Virus record (IMG/VR): IMGVR_UViG_3300003973_000001
Coordinates: 64,001 to 127,323 of that record
DNA: 63,323 bases
Source of the DNA: a virus
Lineage: Duplodnaviria; Heunggongvirae; Uroviricota; Caudoviricetes
Direction: 5' to 3' (one strand)
Shown here: positions 1 through 8,633 of the stretch, in pieces
Layout of the letters: the number at the start of each line of letters is the position of its first letter
How positions within the stretch are numbered: position 1 is the stretch's first letter
Translations under genes and position numbers: made by a program
The notes under the pieces: generated by a model
Seen by the model: the letters and a program-made list of their open reading frames with translations, nothing else
Told to the model about the DNA's origin: nothing
Database searches by the model: none

Positions 1-420
1 CTCATGAGGGTATCATCAGACCAGTCATACCAAGGGTTTAAGCATCCGAGTTACGTTCATTCATCATCATCACTCATCACTAGTCATCATCACTTGTCTA
101 CTACCATACATCACTACTCATCATCATTACTCATCACTAGTCACATCAACGTTCATGCATACATACATCATCACTACTACATACACATAACATGTATAGA
201 AGTATGCAACTATACAACCATACTACATAGCTATACCATATGCAGGTATACCGAGCATACGCGCCCATATGGGGATATATGGAGACACTGCCTATATATG
301 GTACTATCCTAACAACCCTAGCAATACTAAACCATTACCCACTCCCCAAAGCGCTTAGAGAGGACGCTAGACACCTTAAGCGCTATATCATATATACGCA
401 ATATAGTTAGGGTTTATATG
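1..420. repeat. Low-complexity (TCA/ACT/CAT)-rich, G-poor tract; possible genome terminus or terminal-repeat region
   Basis: 26-bp direct repeat TCATCATCAT(C/T)ACTCATCACTAGTCA at 61-86 and 118-143 (1 mismatch); many CATCACTAC-like units; no credible gene. Confidence 0.6.
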
Positions 421-512
421 TAAATAAATACCAATAAACTAATTAACATTTAACTATTGACAAACCCTACATATGTATGTTATGTAACGCCACTTTGTAG
501 GGGTAACCACAT

Positions 513-541
513 ATCGTACCATACATATCACCACCTGTCAA
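513..541 (-). promoter_or_regulatory. Leftward sigmaA-type promoter
   Basis: Minus strand TTGACA (541-536), 17 bp, TG-n-TACGAT (518-513). Confidence 0.65.
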
Positions 542-555
542 CACCCTTTCTGTAT

Positions 556-608
556 TGTTACGATAGTGTTACACAAACCCATCTTATTGTTACAATCATG
601 TTACAATC
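556..608 (+). repeat. Four TGTTAC-core repeats in two 11-bp-period pairs
   Basis: TGTTACGATA 556, TGTTACACAA 567, TGTTACAATC 588 and 599. Confidence 0.6.
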
Positions 609-820
609 ACCACTTATTACCAATCCTTTCCAGTTATCCATCTATTACCACTTATTGCCAGTAAACACCACCTATGTAAGCCCTTTCACCTTACTCTCTC
701 TAAGGCTCGACCCACATTATCCCATATATCAACCTTTATCACCTTCAAATATTCAGAATTCTTTTTCTTTTTATTTTATCAAAACGCTCGAATCCCTTGC
801 AGTTCTAAGACTCACCCTAC

Positions 821-829
821 TTATCCACA
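821..829 (+). promoter_or_regulatory. DnaA box (perfect)
   Basis: TTATCCACA. Confidence 0.6.
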
Positions 830-1042
830 GGAAAATGAGAATCTTTTTGCAAATCTTTTTTTTAAAATCCCAAATCCCGATTGGCTCTAAGGCTCATCCC
901 TATTTTAAGCGAATTTAAAAAGTATTTTTTTCAATTTGTGAATCATTTTTTTGAAAAACGCTATAAACGTTGATATAACGCGGATTGTAGCTATTTTCAG
1001 TTTGTGAATTAAAGAAGCGGAATTATTAAGATTTTTTACTAT

Positions 1043-1051
1043 TGTGGATAA
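1043..1051 (-). promoter_or_regulatory. DnaA box (perfect, inverted relative to 821)
   Basis: TGTGGATAA on + strand; 8/9 matches also at 937-945 and 1003-1011 (minus strand). Confidence 0.6.
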
Positions 1052-1180
1052 CTCGATTAGTCCCTACAGCCACAAGGGATTTGCTACCCTCGATTCGTCA
1101 AAATTTGAGCAAGTTTCTCCTATTAAATATACGTGCGCGCATACACAAAGGGAATTGCCAAAAATCAATTTGAAATTTAT

Positions 1181-1223
1181 TTAAACAAAAGTATTGCAAA
1201 ATGTATTTACCCTATGTTACATT
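1181..1223 (+). promoter_or_regulatory. sigmaA promoter of early operon overlapped by motif A
   Basis: TTGCAA 1194-1199, TG-n-TACATT 1218-1223. Confidence 0.7.
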
Positions 1224-1265
1224 ATTGATGTGCCAGTGAGACACCAACTCACAAGACACAAACAA

Positions 1266-1335
1266 GTTATCTACAATGCCCAACTGGGGCGGATAACCTA
1301 CGAGCGACTATAATGCCCAACTGGGGCGGTTGCTC
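1266..1335 (+). ncRNA. Tandem structured-RNA hairpins in the early-operon leader
   Basis: 18-nt direct repeat AATGCCCAACTGGGGCGG (1275-1292, 1312-1329), each inside a different but fully pairing outer stem. Confidence 0.7.
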
Positions 1336-1605
1336 ATTGTTACATAAATAAGAAATTGAAGGGAAGTGAAGGCGCAACGCCAACATATCACCGAATACGT
1401 AACATGCAAGGTGGCTAAACAAATAGCATGAATCTTTGACAACTAAATGACAGGCTTTAAAGTTTTGGGCTAAATAGACTGGAATGCTCAAGGCGACTAA
1501 AGGGAACATGTCGAGAAGCTTTGCTTTAAATTGATGGGCTGAAAATTTCAGAATATGAATTTAAATCAAAATTAAACTATAAAACAATGAATTGGAGAGA
1601 TTAAA

Positions 1606-2703
1606 ATGAAAGAACTAAAAGTAGCAGAATTAAAACAAGAGGTAAAAGCATTTCGTAACATCATTAACATGAACTTATCAGCAAAGGAAGAACTTGCAAC
1701 GGAATTAACAGGCGCTGAAATTTCAGCTCTAAAATGTGGTTATAGCGCTATGAAAAAGGCTGAATTAGTAGAATTGTATCAAGCGCTTATCGCTTTACGT
1801 GACAGACTTGATAAAGTAGTTGCTGAAATTGCTGATGCTGAATTTAAGGCGGAGGAGCAAAGCGCTCCTTCTTGTCCTGCTGTTGAGAATATGCTTGCAA
1901 TGGCATTAGGAAAGAAACCAAAAGTGAAAAAAGAGCCAAAATATGGCACTGTTGAAAAACGTACAAAATTAGTAAATGATAAATTAGAGCTTGCAAAGCA
2001 AAATACGAAGGATGGGGAAATGAGATTATTCTTCGGAAATGGTAACAAGAAATTAAATGGAATTTTAACTTTCTCATTACCACCAGTTGCAACATGTCCA
2101 TACGCAACGGAAAATTGCATCATGAAATGTTATGCGCTGAAAGATTACTACAGAAATTGGGATAACGTTTCAAAATCTCAAAATATCAATTTCGAGATGA
2201 CAAAGCGCGCTGATTTCGTAGACATGGCAACAAAAATGCTAAAAATCGAAGCTTTAAAACATGAAGTAGAAAATACAGTAAACGGCACTGATGAGCCTTT
2301 AACAGTTCGAATTCATGTATCTGGTGATTTCTACTCTCAAGAATATTTTGACGCGTGGGTTCAAATTGCTGAGAATCTAAAAGGATTACCAATCCAATTT
2401 GGATGCTACACAAAATCAATTCCATTCATCAAAACTCACTTAAAACGCGAGGGAAAAAAATTATCTGACATCAACATCAATTTCATGTTCTCTTTATGGG
2501 ACGACACAAAAGAAAAATTCGTTGCAATGGCTGAAGAAATGGGAATGAACGTCTTCACTGCATACAACAAAAAAACTTCTGATGTACCTGCTGATTATGT
2601 AGCGTGTCCAGATGATGTTAAAAAAGGAGCATGCGGAACAACTTGCAACATGTGTTATGAAAAGTCACCACGCAGAAAAAAAATTGCTATCGCGATTCAC
2701 TAA
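1606..2703 (+). CDS. GP88-like (radical-SAM-related Cys-motif) protein with N-terminal Rho-N/HeH-like helical domain
   Basis: FSLPPVATCPYATENCIMKCYA, RIHVSGDFY, C-terminal CPxxxxxGACGTTCNMC; N-terminal LKVAELK...GYSAMKKAELVE. Confidence 0.65.
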   Translation: MKELKVAELKQEVKAFRNIINMNLSAKEELATELTGAEISALKCGYSAMKKAELVELYQALIALRDRLDKVVAEIADAEFKAEEQSAPSCPAVENMLAMALGKKPKVKKEPKYGTVEKRTKLVNDKLELAKQNTKDGEMRLFFGNGNKKLNGILTFSLPPVATCPYATENCIMKCYALKDYYRNWDNVSKSQNINFEMTKRADFVDMATKMLKIEALKHEVENTVNGTDEPLTVRIHVSGDFYSQEYFDAWVQIAENLKGLPIQFGCYTKSIPFIKTHLKREGKKLSDININFMFSLWDDTKEKFVAMAEEMGMNVFTAYNKKTSDVPADYVACPDDVKKGACGTTCNMCYEKSPRRKKIAIAIH

Positions 2704-2787
2704 AACTTATTAAACAAAAGATTTGCAGAGCGCTTGTATAAAGCAGGCGCTCAAAAAAATAATTCAACTATAGAGGAGAAATTAAAA

Positions 2788-3270
2788 ATGAAAAAATTTA
2801 TCAAAATGTTATTAGTGGTTATGGTTACAGCTATCAGTGTAGGGATGTTTACAAAAGAAGCGGAGCAAAAAAATATTTCAGTACAAGCGGAGCAAATGAG
2901 CGCTCAAGAAAAAGAATTGCAAGACGTAAAGAAAGAGTTAGCAGACGCAAAGGAAAAAAATTCTCAAGCAGAAAAAATTACTACAATCAATCACTTCATT
3001 ATTGACAAGGTGGACGAAAAATTTGCTTATGCACTTGCAATTGATGATTATGGAACGTTTGAAGAAAATTATGTAGTAATCGAAAAAGAAGATTATTACG
3101 GTGTAGCGTACAAACAAGGCGATATAGTAACAATTTCATTCGATGGGTTTGGAGAGTTAGGAGACCACGAGCGCACGACACAAGGACAACTAGAGATGTT
3201 AAACGATGGATTTGGTGGAATCATAGAGAGTTACAAGAAAGGTTTTGAGGTTGAAAAGCCTCAAGCCTAG
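2788..3270 (+). CDS. Secreted or membrane-anchored hypothetical protein
   Basis: RBS GAGGAG; MKKFIKMLLVVMVTAISVG signal-like N-terminus; coiled coil. Confidence 0.7.
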   Translation: MKKFIKMLLVVMVTAISVGMFTKEAEQKNISVQAEQMSAQEKELQDVKKELADAKEKNSQAEKITTINHFIIDKVDEKFAYALAIDDYGTFEENYVVIEKEDYYGVAYKQGDIVTISFDGFGELGDHERTTQGQLEMLNDGFGGIIESYKKGFEVEKPQA

Positions 3271-3308
3271 TAACAGGCGAGAAAAAAATTTTAAAGGAGA
3301 GAAATAAA

Positions 3309-3722
3309 ATGTTAAATTACTTCAAAAATAGAATGGTCGAAGAGAGTCAAAAGGTTAATTGTTTTTGGAATTTACATCTTAATGTATTCAGTTTAGAAGG
3401 TAGAACGATGGAAAACGGAGCGAAAAAAAATCTTGTGTTAGCTCATGGAAATGACATTATTCTATTAAATGTAAAATTTACGGTTCGCGAGTCAGGGAGA
3501 CAAAAGGTATTAAGAGAGCAAAAAAAGAATGTGCATGCATTTGTAAAAGGGAATTTTATGGGAATTGCAGGATACAATGAGAAATTGATTTTAGGCGCAG
3601 GGATGAGAGAGGCGTATTACAACCCATACAAACAAGATAGTTTCACAGATAAAGAGACAGGAAGGAAATTAGAAGGCGCTGAGATTGTAATTTTAGCTGA
3701 TAAAAGAATCTATTACAAATAA
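3309..3722 (+). CDS. Conserved phage hypothetical protein
   Basis: RBS AAGGAG; VRESGRQKVLREQKKNVHAFV is a familiar phage motif. Confidence 0.7.
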   Translation: MLNYFKNRMVEESQKVNCFWNLHLNVFSLEGRTMENGAKKNLVLAHGNDIILLNVKFTVRESGRQKVLREQKKNVHAFVKGNFMGIAGYNEKLILGAGMREAYYNPYKQDSFTDKETGRKLEGAEIVILADKRIYYK

Positions 3723-3834
3723 GGGTAGGTGTTTTATATGAAATGGATTAAAAGTCTATTTAAAAAGAAATTGACTATAGATGAACAGGTTAACGCGTGG
3801 GAAGAATTCAATAATAAATATGGAGGCGTGGAAA

Positions 3835-3993
3835 ATGAAATTAAATAAATATGTTGGGCTTGTTATAGATAGTATGGTTATTACTGGAGTTGAAAAGTAT
3901 TTTGACTTATCAACAGGCAGAGAAGAGAAATGCTTTATTGTAAATGATAAGTACGGTGTCAATTGCGAATTATTTATAAATCAATACATGTAA
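3835..3993 (+). CDS. Hypothetical protein
   Basis: GGAGG RBS before internal ATG. Confidence 0.55.
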   Translation: MKLNKYVGLVIDSMVITGVEKYFDLSTGREEKCFIVNDKYGVNCELFINQYM

Positions 3994-4024
3994 TCTAAAT
4001 TAACTTATAAAGGAGAAATAAAAT

Positions 4025-4381
4025 ATGAAAATTGTAAAATCTATTTTAAATGCATTAACTAAGAGAGCAGAAAAAGCAGGTGAAAAGAATTTGAAAAAGG
4101 TTTCTGCTACGATTCGTTACGATGTTGTTAAACGTGCTATTGAGCGTGGAGAATTTAAGAGCCTAGAGTGCGCGTACAGCTATACAGATGATTATTTATA
4201 TGATAATGCCACAAACTTCGGGAAACGCCTTGTAAGCGCTGAGGGACTGCTTAGAGAGTTTAGAATTTTAACGCCTTCATGTTGGGTTCGAATCAAAGAG
4301 AAAGACGGAAAAGAATATTATGAAATTAGTATCAGCTTTCATAGTAATTTAGCATATGACATGATAGTCCCTATGAATTAA
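4025..4381 (+). CDS. Hypothetical protein
   Basis: ORF with RBS. Confidence 0.7.
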   Translation: MKIVKSILNALTKRAEKAGEKNLKKVSATIRYDVVKRAIERGEFKSLECAYSYTDDYLYDNATNFGKRLVSAEGLLREFRILTPSCWVRIKEKDGKEYYEISISFHSNLAYDMIVPMN

Positions 4382-4440
4382 GATAGATATATATACATAC
4401 CAAACTAAAAAGAAATTTAACTATAGAGGAGAAATTTAAA

Positions 4441-4704
4441 ATGACTGCAACGGAAATTAAAAAACAAATTAAAAAGGCTATGCATGGAGTTTCTAAAATA
4501 ACTGTAACGATTGGCGAGCATGAAGATGGATATGATTTAAATGTTAATGTGTGGGGCTATGATAGATGGCACAACGAAGAATTCGAATGTTATACAGAAA
4601 CAATGGAAGACGAAAAGAAAGCTATTGCAAAGGCGAAGAGAATGGCAACAACGCTTGTAAATAATGGTTATAAAGCTAAATATACAGGATTCGAAAATTG
4701 CTAA
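4441..4704 (+). CDS. Hypothetical protein
   Basis: ORF with RBS. Confidence 0.7.
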   Translation: MTATEIKKQIKKAMHGVSKITVTIGEHEDGYDLNVNVWGYDRWHNEEFECYTETMEDEKKAIAKAKRMATTLVNNGYKAKYTGFENC

Positions 4705-4729
4705 TTAAAATATGAATGGAGTGATTTAA

Positions 4730-5113
4730 ATGTTAAATATTCAATGTACTGCATGCGATGGTTTTGGGAATCAAAAATTTATTGATGGCAAATTGGTTCA
4801 TGAATGTACAGAATGCACTGGAGGAGCTATACAAGCCCCAGAGGACATGAAAGTATATGTAAGTGTATACAAGGTTACTAGAGAGTTTGGAGGACATGAG
4901 GAAGGTGGGTGGTGGTTTAACTGGTATCAATTACTTGAGACAGTCCCATGTAAAAATAAATTTTCAGATGAAATTAAAAGCGATTTATTGGAAGAATATA
5001 AGAATGTTAAACATGGAAATATTTATTCTGTATTAGGTGGCGCGGATGTAGAAGTGTTTATCGAGCGTAGAGCAGGAGAAAATAAAACAACTGAAAAGCC
5101 TATATATGAATAA
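4730..5113 (+). CDS. Hypothetical protein with N-terminal Zn-ribbon
   Basis: CxxC...CxxC; FGGHEEGGWW motif. Confidence 0.7.
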   Translation: MLNIQCTACDGFGNQKFIDGKLVHECTECTGGAIQAPEDMKVYVSVYKVTREFGGHEEGGWWFNWYQLLETVPCKNKFSDEIKSDLLEEYKNVKHGNIYSVLGGADVEVFIERRAGENKTTEKPIYE

Positions 5114-5125
5114 GGAGAAAATAAG

Positions 5126-5350
5126 ATGAACTTAATAGAGAAACTCAGAAGGTTTAAGGATGACCAAAATGAATTAGAACTTTCTGGTCAAATAACTGCA
5201 AGAAGAAAATCTTGGTTCAAATTTGTCAAATATGAAAACAACGTCCACATACATGCATATGTGGGAGGGAATAAGGTGAAAATATTCGATACATGGGAAG
5301 AAGCGGAAAAGAAATTGAAAATGTGGATTAATATGTTATTTGGTCATTGA
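5126..5350 (+). CDS. Hypothetical protein
   Basis: ORF with RBS. Confidence 0.65.
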   Translation: MNLIEKLRRFKDDQNELELSGQITARRKSWFKFVKYENNVHIHAYVGGNKVKIFDTWEEAEKKLKMWINMLFGH

Positions 5351-5418
5351 GGCGAAACGCGTGGGAAATCACGCGTATATGGTAGAGTGGTAATCTTCAT
5401 ACTGATGAGCCAAACCAT
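5351..5418 (+). ncRNA. Hammerhead ribozyme, type II
   Basis: GGC-GAAA-stem III (ACGCGTG/CACGCGT)-GUA cleavage triplet (5375-5377)-stem I (TATGG.AGA/TCTTCATA)-CTGATGA (5402-5408)-GCC; possible loop I TGGT/ACCA pseudoknot. Confidence 0.9.
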
Positions 5419-5445
5419 AAATGAGAATAGGGGAGTTGTATACAG

Positions 5446-6126
5446 ATGAAAAATAATTTAAAAGAATATAAAAACAACGCTGATTTTATCGCGGAGATAG
5501 TTGAAACAAAAGAATTAAATAATGAAATCAGAATGACTGACGACAAACAATATCTTGTAACGCTCCAGAACACCCACGAGGACGTAAAGGCAGGCAGAGA
5601 TATATTATGTGGTGAAGGCGATGTAGAACGTTGTGTGCAAGCGCTGAAGGGTAGTAAAAACAATTGGGTTAAACATATGCAATGGAAAAAGCTACACAAA
5701 ACCGATTACAAATATTTTTACGCGGAGAAAAAAATTGATGATGTGGATTTAGCCAAGATTCAAAGGGTTAAAGAGAAGTTCTTTAACAACACTGGCAAAA
5801 ATGTTGTATTCATAGTTAGGGATAATGGAAGAGTGATAATAGCATTTCAGAACAAGGTAGTTTATGAAGAATTTTTACTTGTATCGATGCATGGGAAGCC
5901 TCAAGGCGAAAATTGGACTCAATATGGCGCGGAAAAAATTTTCTCGTGGTCGAATAAGATTGATAATTATAACGTGGTAGTTGCTGAATTCTGGACAGAT
6001 GAGAAGCTTGATTATGAGTTGCATGGAGATGCAGATGCGATGTATCGAGCGCACTGGGGAATCCAAGAGCCTACTGACAGACCACGCTCACCGTTTGATG
6101 TATATAGTCCTAGTGAATTGTTATAG
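5446..6126 (+). CDS. Hypothetical protein
   Basis: 226-aa ORF with RBS. Confidence 0.75.
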   Translation: MKNNLKEYKNNADFIAEIVETKELNNEIRMTDDKQYLVTLQNTHEDVKAGRDILCGEGDVERCVQALKGSKNNWVKHMQWKKLHKTDYKYFYAEKKIDDVDLAKIQRVKEKFFNNTGKNVVFIVRDNGRVIIAFQNKVVYEEFLLVSMHGKPQGENWTQYGAEKIFSWSNKIDNYNVVVAEFWTDEKLDYELHGDADAMYRAHWGIQEPTDRPRSPFDVYSPSELL

Positions 6127-6175
6127 GTTAGGTTAATAGGCGAGAAAAATTTTTATAGCATAGGAGAGATTCAAA

Positions 6176-6529
6176 ATGAATGAGAAACAACGTCAACGTT
6201 TAGAAAAGATTGTAACACTATATAAGGACAGCTATAAACGTTTTGATTATGTAACTGGTGAGTATGAAAATATGGAATGGTTAGCATGTTTTGAGCAGGG
6301 TAAAAAATTAATCATGAAAATGATTGGTGAAATGGATAAGCAAAAGATGGTGGCTGTAAATATATTCTATATGCTTGTAGAAAAAGAAAGTTGGATTCCT
6401 CATCCAGACAAGGAAATTAGAGGAAAGGACTTTGGAGAGTTATTTCATAGCGCTTTAAATAAGTTAGGATTGAAATATGATGTTGTAGAATATGGCTCTG
6501 GTGGGAAGAATTACACGTTAAAAGGCTGA
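6176..6529 (+). CDS. Hypothetical protein
   Basis: ORF with RBS. Confidence 0.7.
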   Translation: MNEKQRQRLEKIVTLYKDSYKRFDYVTGEYENMEWLACFEQGKKLIMKMIGEMDKQKMVAVNIFYMLVEKESWIPHPDKEIRGKDFGELFHSALNKLGLKYDVVEYGSGGKNYTLKG

Positions 6530-6611
6530 AAAAATTTTTTGGCACTTGACTGTTACGGTGTGACGGTGTAACATCGTATTATAAATTAATTAATGGACTG
6601 GAGAGATAAAT

Positions 6612-6983
6612 ATGAAACTTAGAAGATGGGTAAAGGTAGCGTTAGTATTAATGGCATTTGGAGCAATTGCAGGAATATTCAAAAGCATGGTATTTGCACA
6701 GACAATGGATGATAAGCCAGAATACAAGGTATATCATGGAGTAATTGAAATGAATTTAAATGGGAAATCAAAGCTTGTAATGTTAGATGGTAAAATAGGC
6801 GAGGATGTCGAAGTAAAGGTAAAAGAAGAATATAATAAAGGACAGATTATTACAGTAGTGTTTGAAGGTAATAGAGTAGTTGAGGATTATATTACAGAGG
6901 GTAAAGAGTTAGATAAGATTCTATATGAGAATCAAGTTTCGATTGAAGAGGTTAAAAGTAACAAAGTATACTTGATGCGATAG
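6612..6983 (+). CDS. Membrane-anchored hypothetical protein
   Basis: N-terminal hydrophobic helix. Confidence 0.7.
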   Translation: MKLRRWVKVALVLMAFGAIAGIFKSMVFAQTMDDKPEYKVYHGVIEMNLNGKSKLVMLDGKIGEDVEVKVKEEYNKGQIITVVFEGNRVVEDYITEGKELDKILYENQVSIEEVKSNKVYLMR

Positions 6984-7081
6984 CTTTTTTATTTGAATCT
7001 AAAGTGTGAAGGTGTCACACGTTAACATAAAAGGCGAAAAAAATTTTTTAACACATAAATAAATAAATGGAGGAATTTAAA

Positions 7082-7300
7082 ATGGAAAAATTATTAGCAT
7101 GGTTAGAACAGGGAGTATCATTAGGAAAGATTACAGGTTATGCATTAGCATTCCAAGAAGTTCGCGAACTAGGATTGAGAAGATATATGGTAGGCGTACA
7201 ACATGCAAGCATGGGAGAAATTGAGCTTAATGTAGCGATTCAAGGAACAACAGTATTAATCAGTCATGAGAATCGTACAATCGAAACTATTACTTGGTAA
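7082..7300 (+). CDS. Hypothetical protein
   Basis: GGAGG RBS. Confidence 0.65.
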   Translation: MEKLLAWLEQGVSLGKITGYALAFQEVRELGLRRYMVGVQHASMGEIELNVAIQGTTVLISHENRTIETITW

Positions 7301-7342
7301 TTAAATAATAAAATACGGGTTTTATTACGAGGAGAAAAAAAT

Positions 7343-7540
7343 ATGTTAGGCAAGATTAGATTTCATAAACCGAGTATTTGCATGACTCTGGAGGTCGAGA
7401 CAGGCAAGCAATTATCTTTCAAGAGTAATTGCATCAAAGAAGCGTCAGAGCGCTGTACGAAGCATTTACAGCGCTTAGGATTAAAGCATGGAGTTTTACG
7501 TGAGACAGTTACAAAAGAAATTTTAAAAACGTTCCATTAA
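7343..7540 (+). CDS. Hypothetical protein
   Basis: ORF with RBS. Confidence 0.6.
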   Translation: MLGKIRFHKPSICMTLEVETGKQLSFKSNCIKEASERCTKHLQRLGLKHGVLRETVTKEILKTFH

Positions 7541-7549
7541 ACAAAAGAT

Positions 7550-7578
7550 TTGCAATGTAATTAATTTAATGATATGAT
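7550..7578 (+). promoter_or_regulatory. sigmaA promoter overlapped by motif A
   Basis: TTGCAA-17-TATGAT with extended TG. Confidence 0.7.
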
Positions 7579-7621
7579 GTATCACAGGCACACAGACCAT
7601 AATAACGGAGGATGATTTTAA

Positions 7622-8176
7622 ATGGCAAAAAATAAACAGCAGTTAGTAGATGAGATTAAGGTTTTAGATGAGTGTATTACAAGCATGTCATTACAATTAG
7701 CTCATGCATCTGATAAGGAGATTAAAAAAGAAACTTATGCAGTTAATGATACAATTAACCACTGGGATAAAATTGTGAAGAAGGCTTGCGGTACTAAGAC
7801 TGGAGTAAATTCAATTAAGAAAGATATTCTAGTAGAAATCCAACAGGACTTTAGAAGAGTTTATATGGAACTTCTGGAGCTTAAAAAGAAAGTTCATACA
7901 TATGTATCACATGGGATTGAATTCATTGAACATCCATATCATATAGGCGTAACTATAGTACATGATAATCCAGACTGGAAAATGTTTCTGGCGAATGCAG
8001 TTGTAAAATTCAAGAAAGACATTGTGTTTATGGTTCGGAAGGGTAATCCAGTGGAAGAAAAAATTATGAATGATAATAATCTATTCATTGAGAAAGAACT
8101 TAGAAACTATCATCAATGCTTTATTGAATACAAGGAATCGGAAATGCTCAAGCATTGGCAGGTTCTCATGGGCTAA
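7622..8176 (+). CDS. Hypothetical protein
   Basis: ORF with RBS. Confidence 0.75.
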   Translation: MAKNKQQLVDEIKVLDECITSMSLQLAHASDKEIKKETYAVNDTINHWDKIVKKACGTKTGVNSIKKDILVEIQQDFRRVYMELLELKKKVHTYVSHGIEFIEHPYHIGVTIVHDNPDWKMFLANAVVKFKKDIVFMVRKGNPVEEKIMNDNNLFIEKELRNYHQCFIEYKESEMLKHWQVLMG

Positions 8177-8271
8177 CTCTATGAGAACTAATTTAATCTT
8201 AATTATAATTAATCTCATTCTATTAGTATTACTGCTGAAGAAAATTCTATTTGCCTAGAAGGGGATTTAAT

Positions 8272-8592
8272 TTGAATATTATAGAACTAACAGAATTTGT
8301 AGTACAACATATTAAGAACTCTAAGTTTAAGCTTCTTAATATTGACGATGTGAGCGGATTACTAAAAGAGAAGCTAGGAGACTCATATGATAGTCAAGTA
8401 GCGTACAGCGTAAAGCAGGCGCTTACAGAGCATGGAGAAATTGATTTCTTCAGAGAAGGTACATATAACAATCATCAAAAGTTTCATTATTGTATAGGTA
8501 CATGGCTCTGCTATAAAGGAGAATATGAAAACCCAGTGCAGGCAAAGATGACTGCAAATATATATGACTATGAAACATTTGGTGATGAATAG
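8272..8592 (+). CDS. Hypothetical protein
   Basis: TTG start after AAGGGGA. Confidence 0.6.
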   Translation: MNIIELTEFVVQHIKNSKFKLLNIDDVSGLLKEKLGDSYDSQVAYSVKQALTEHGEIDFFREGTYNNHQKFHYCIGTWLCYKGEYENPVQAKMTANIYDYETFGDE

Positions 8593-8633
8593 CATTTGAT
8601 TGCGAAAAATAAATTATGAAGGAGCTGTTTTAA

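Noticed and set aside
457-486. Rightward promoter TTGACA at 457
   Set aside because: The best -10 (TATGTA at 18-bp spacing) is poor and no gene follows; not asserted
4-918. ORFs 4..312 and 457..918
   Set aside because: His/Ser/Thr-rich artefacts of low-complexity or regulatory DNA, with no RBS; they overlap promoter and DnaA-box elements
61-1329. CRISPR array (repeats at 61/118 and 1275/1312)
   Set aside because: Only two copies each, with spacing and structure unlike repeat-spacer arrays; no cas operon (the 43265 nuclease is a typical phage PD-(D/E)XK protein)
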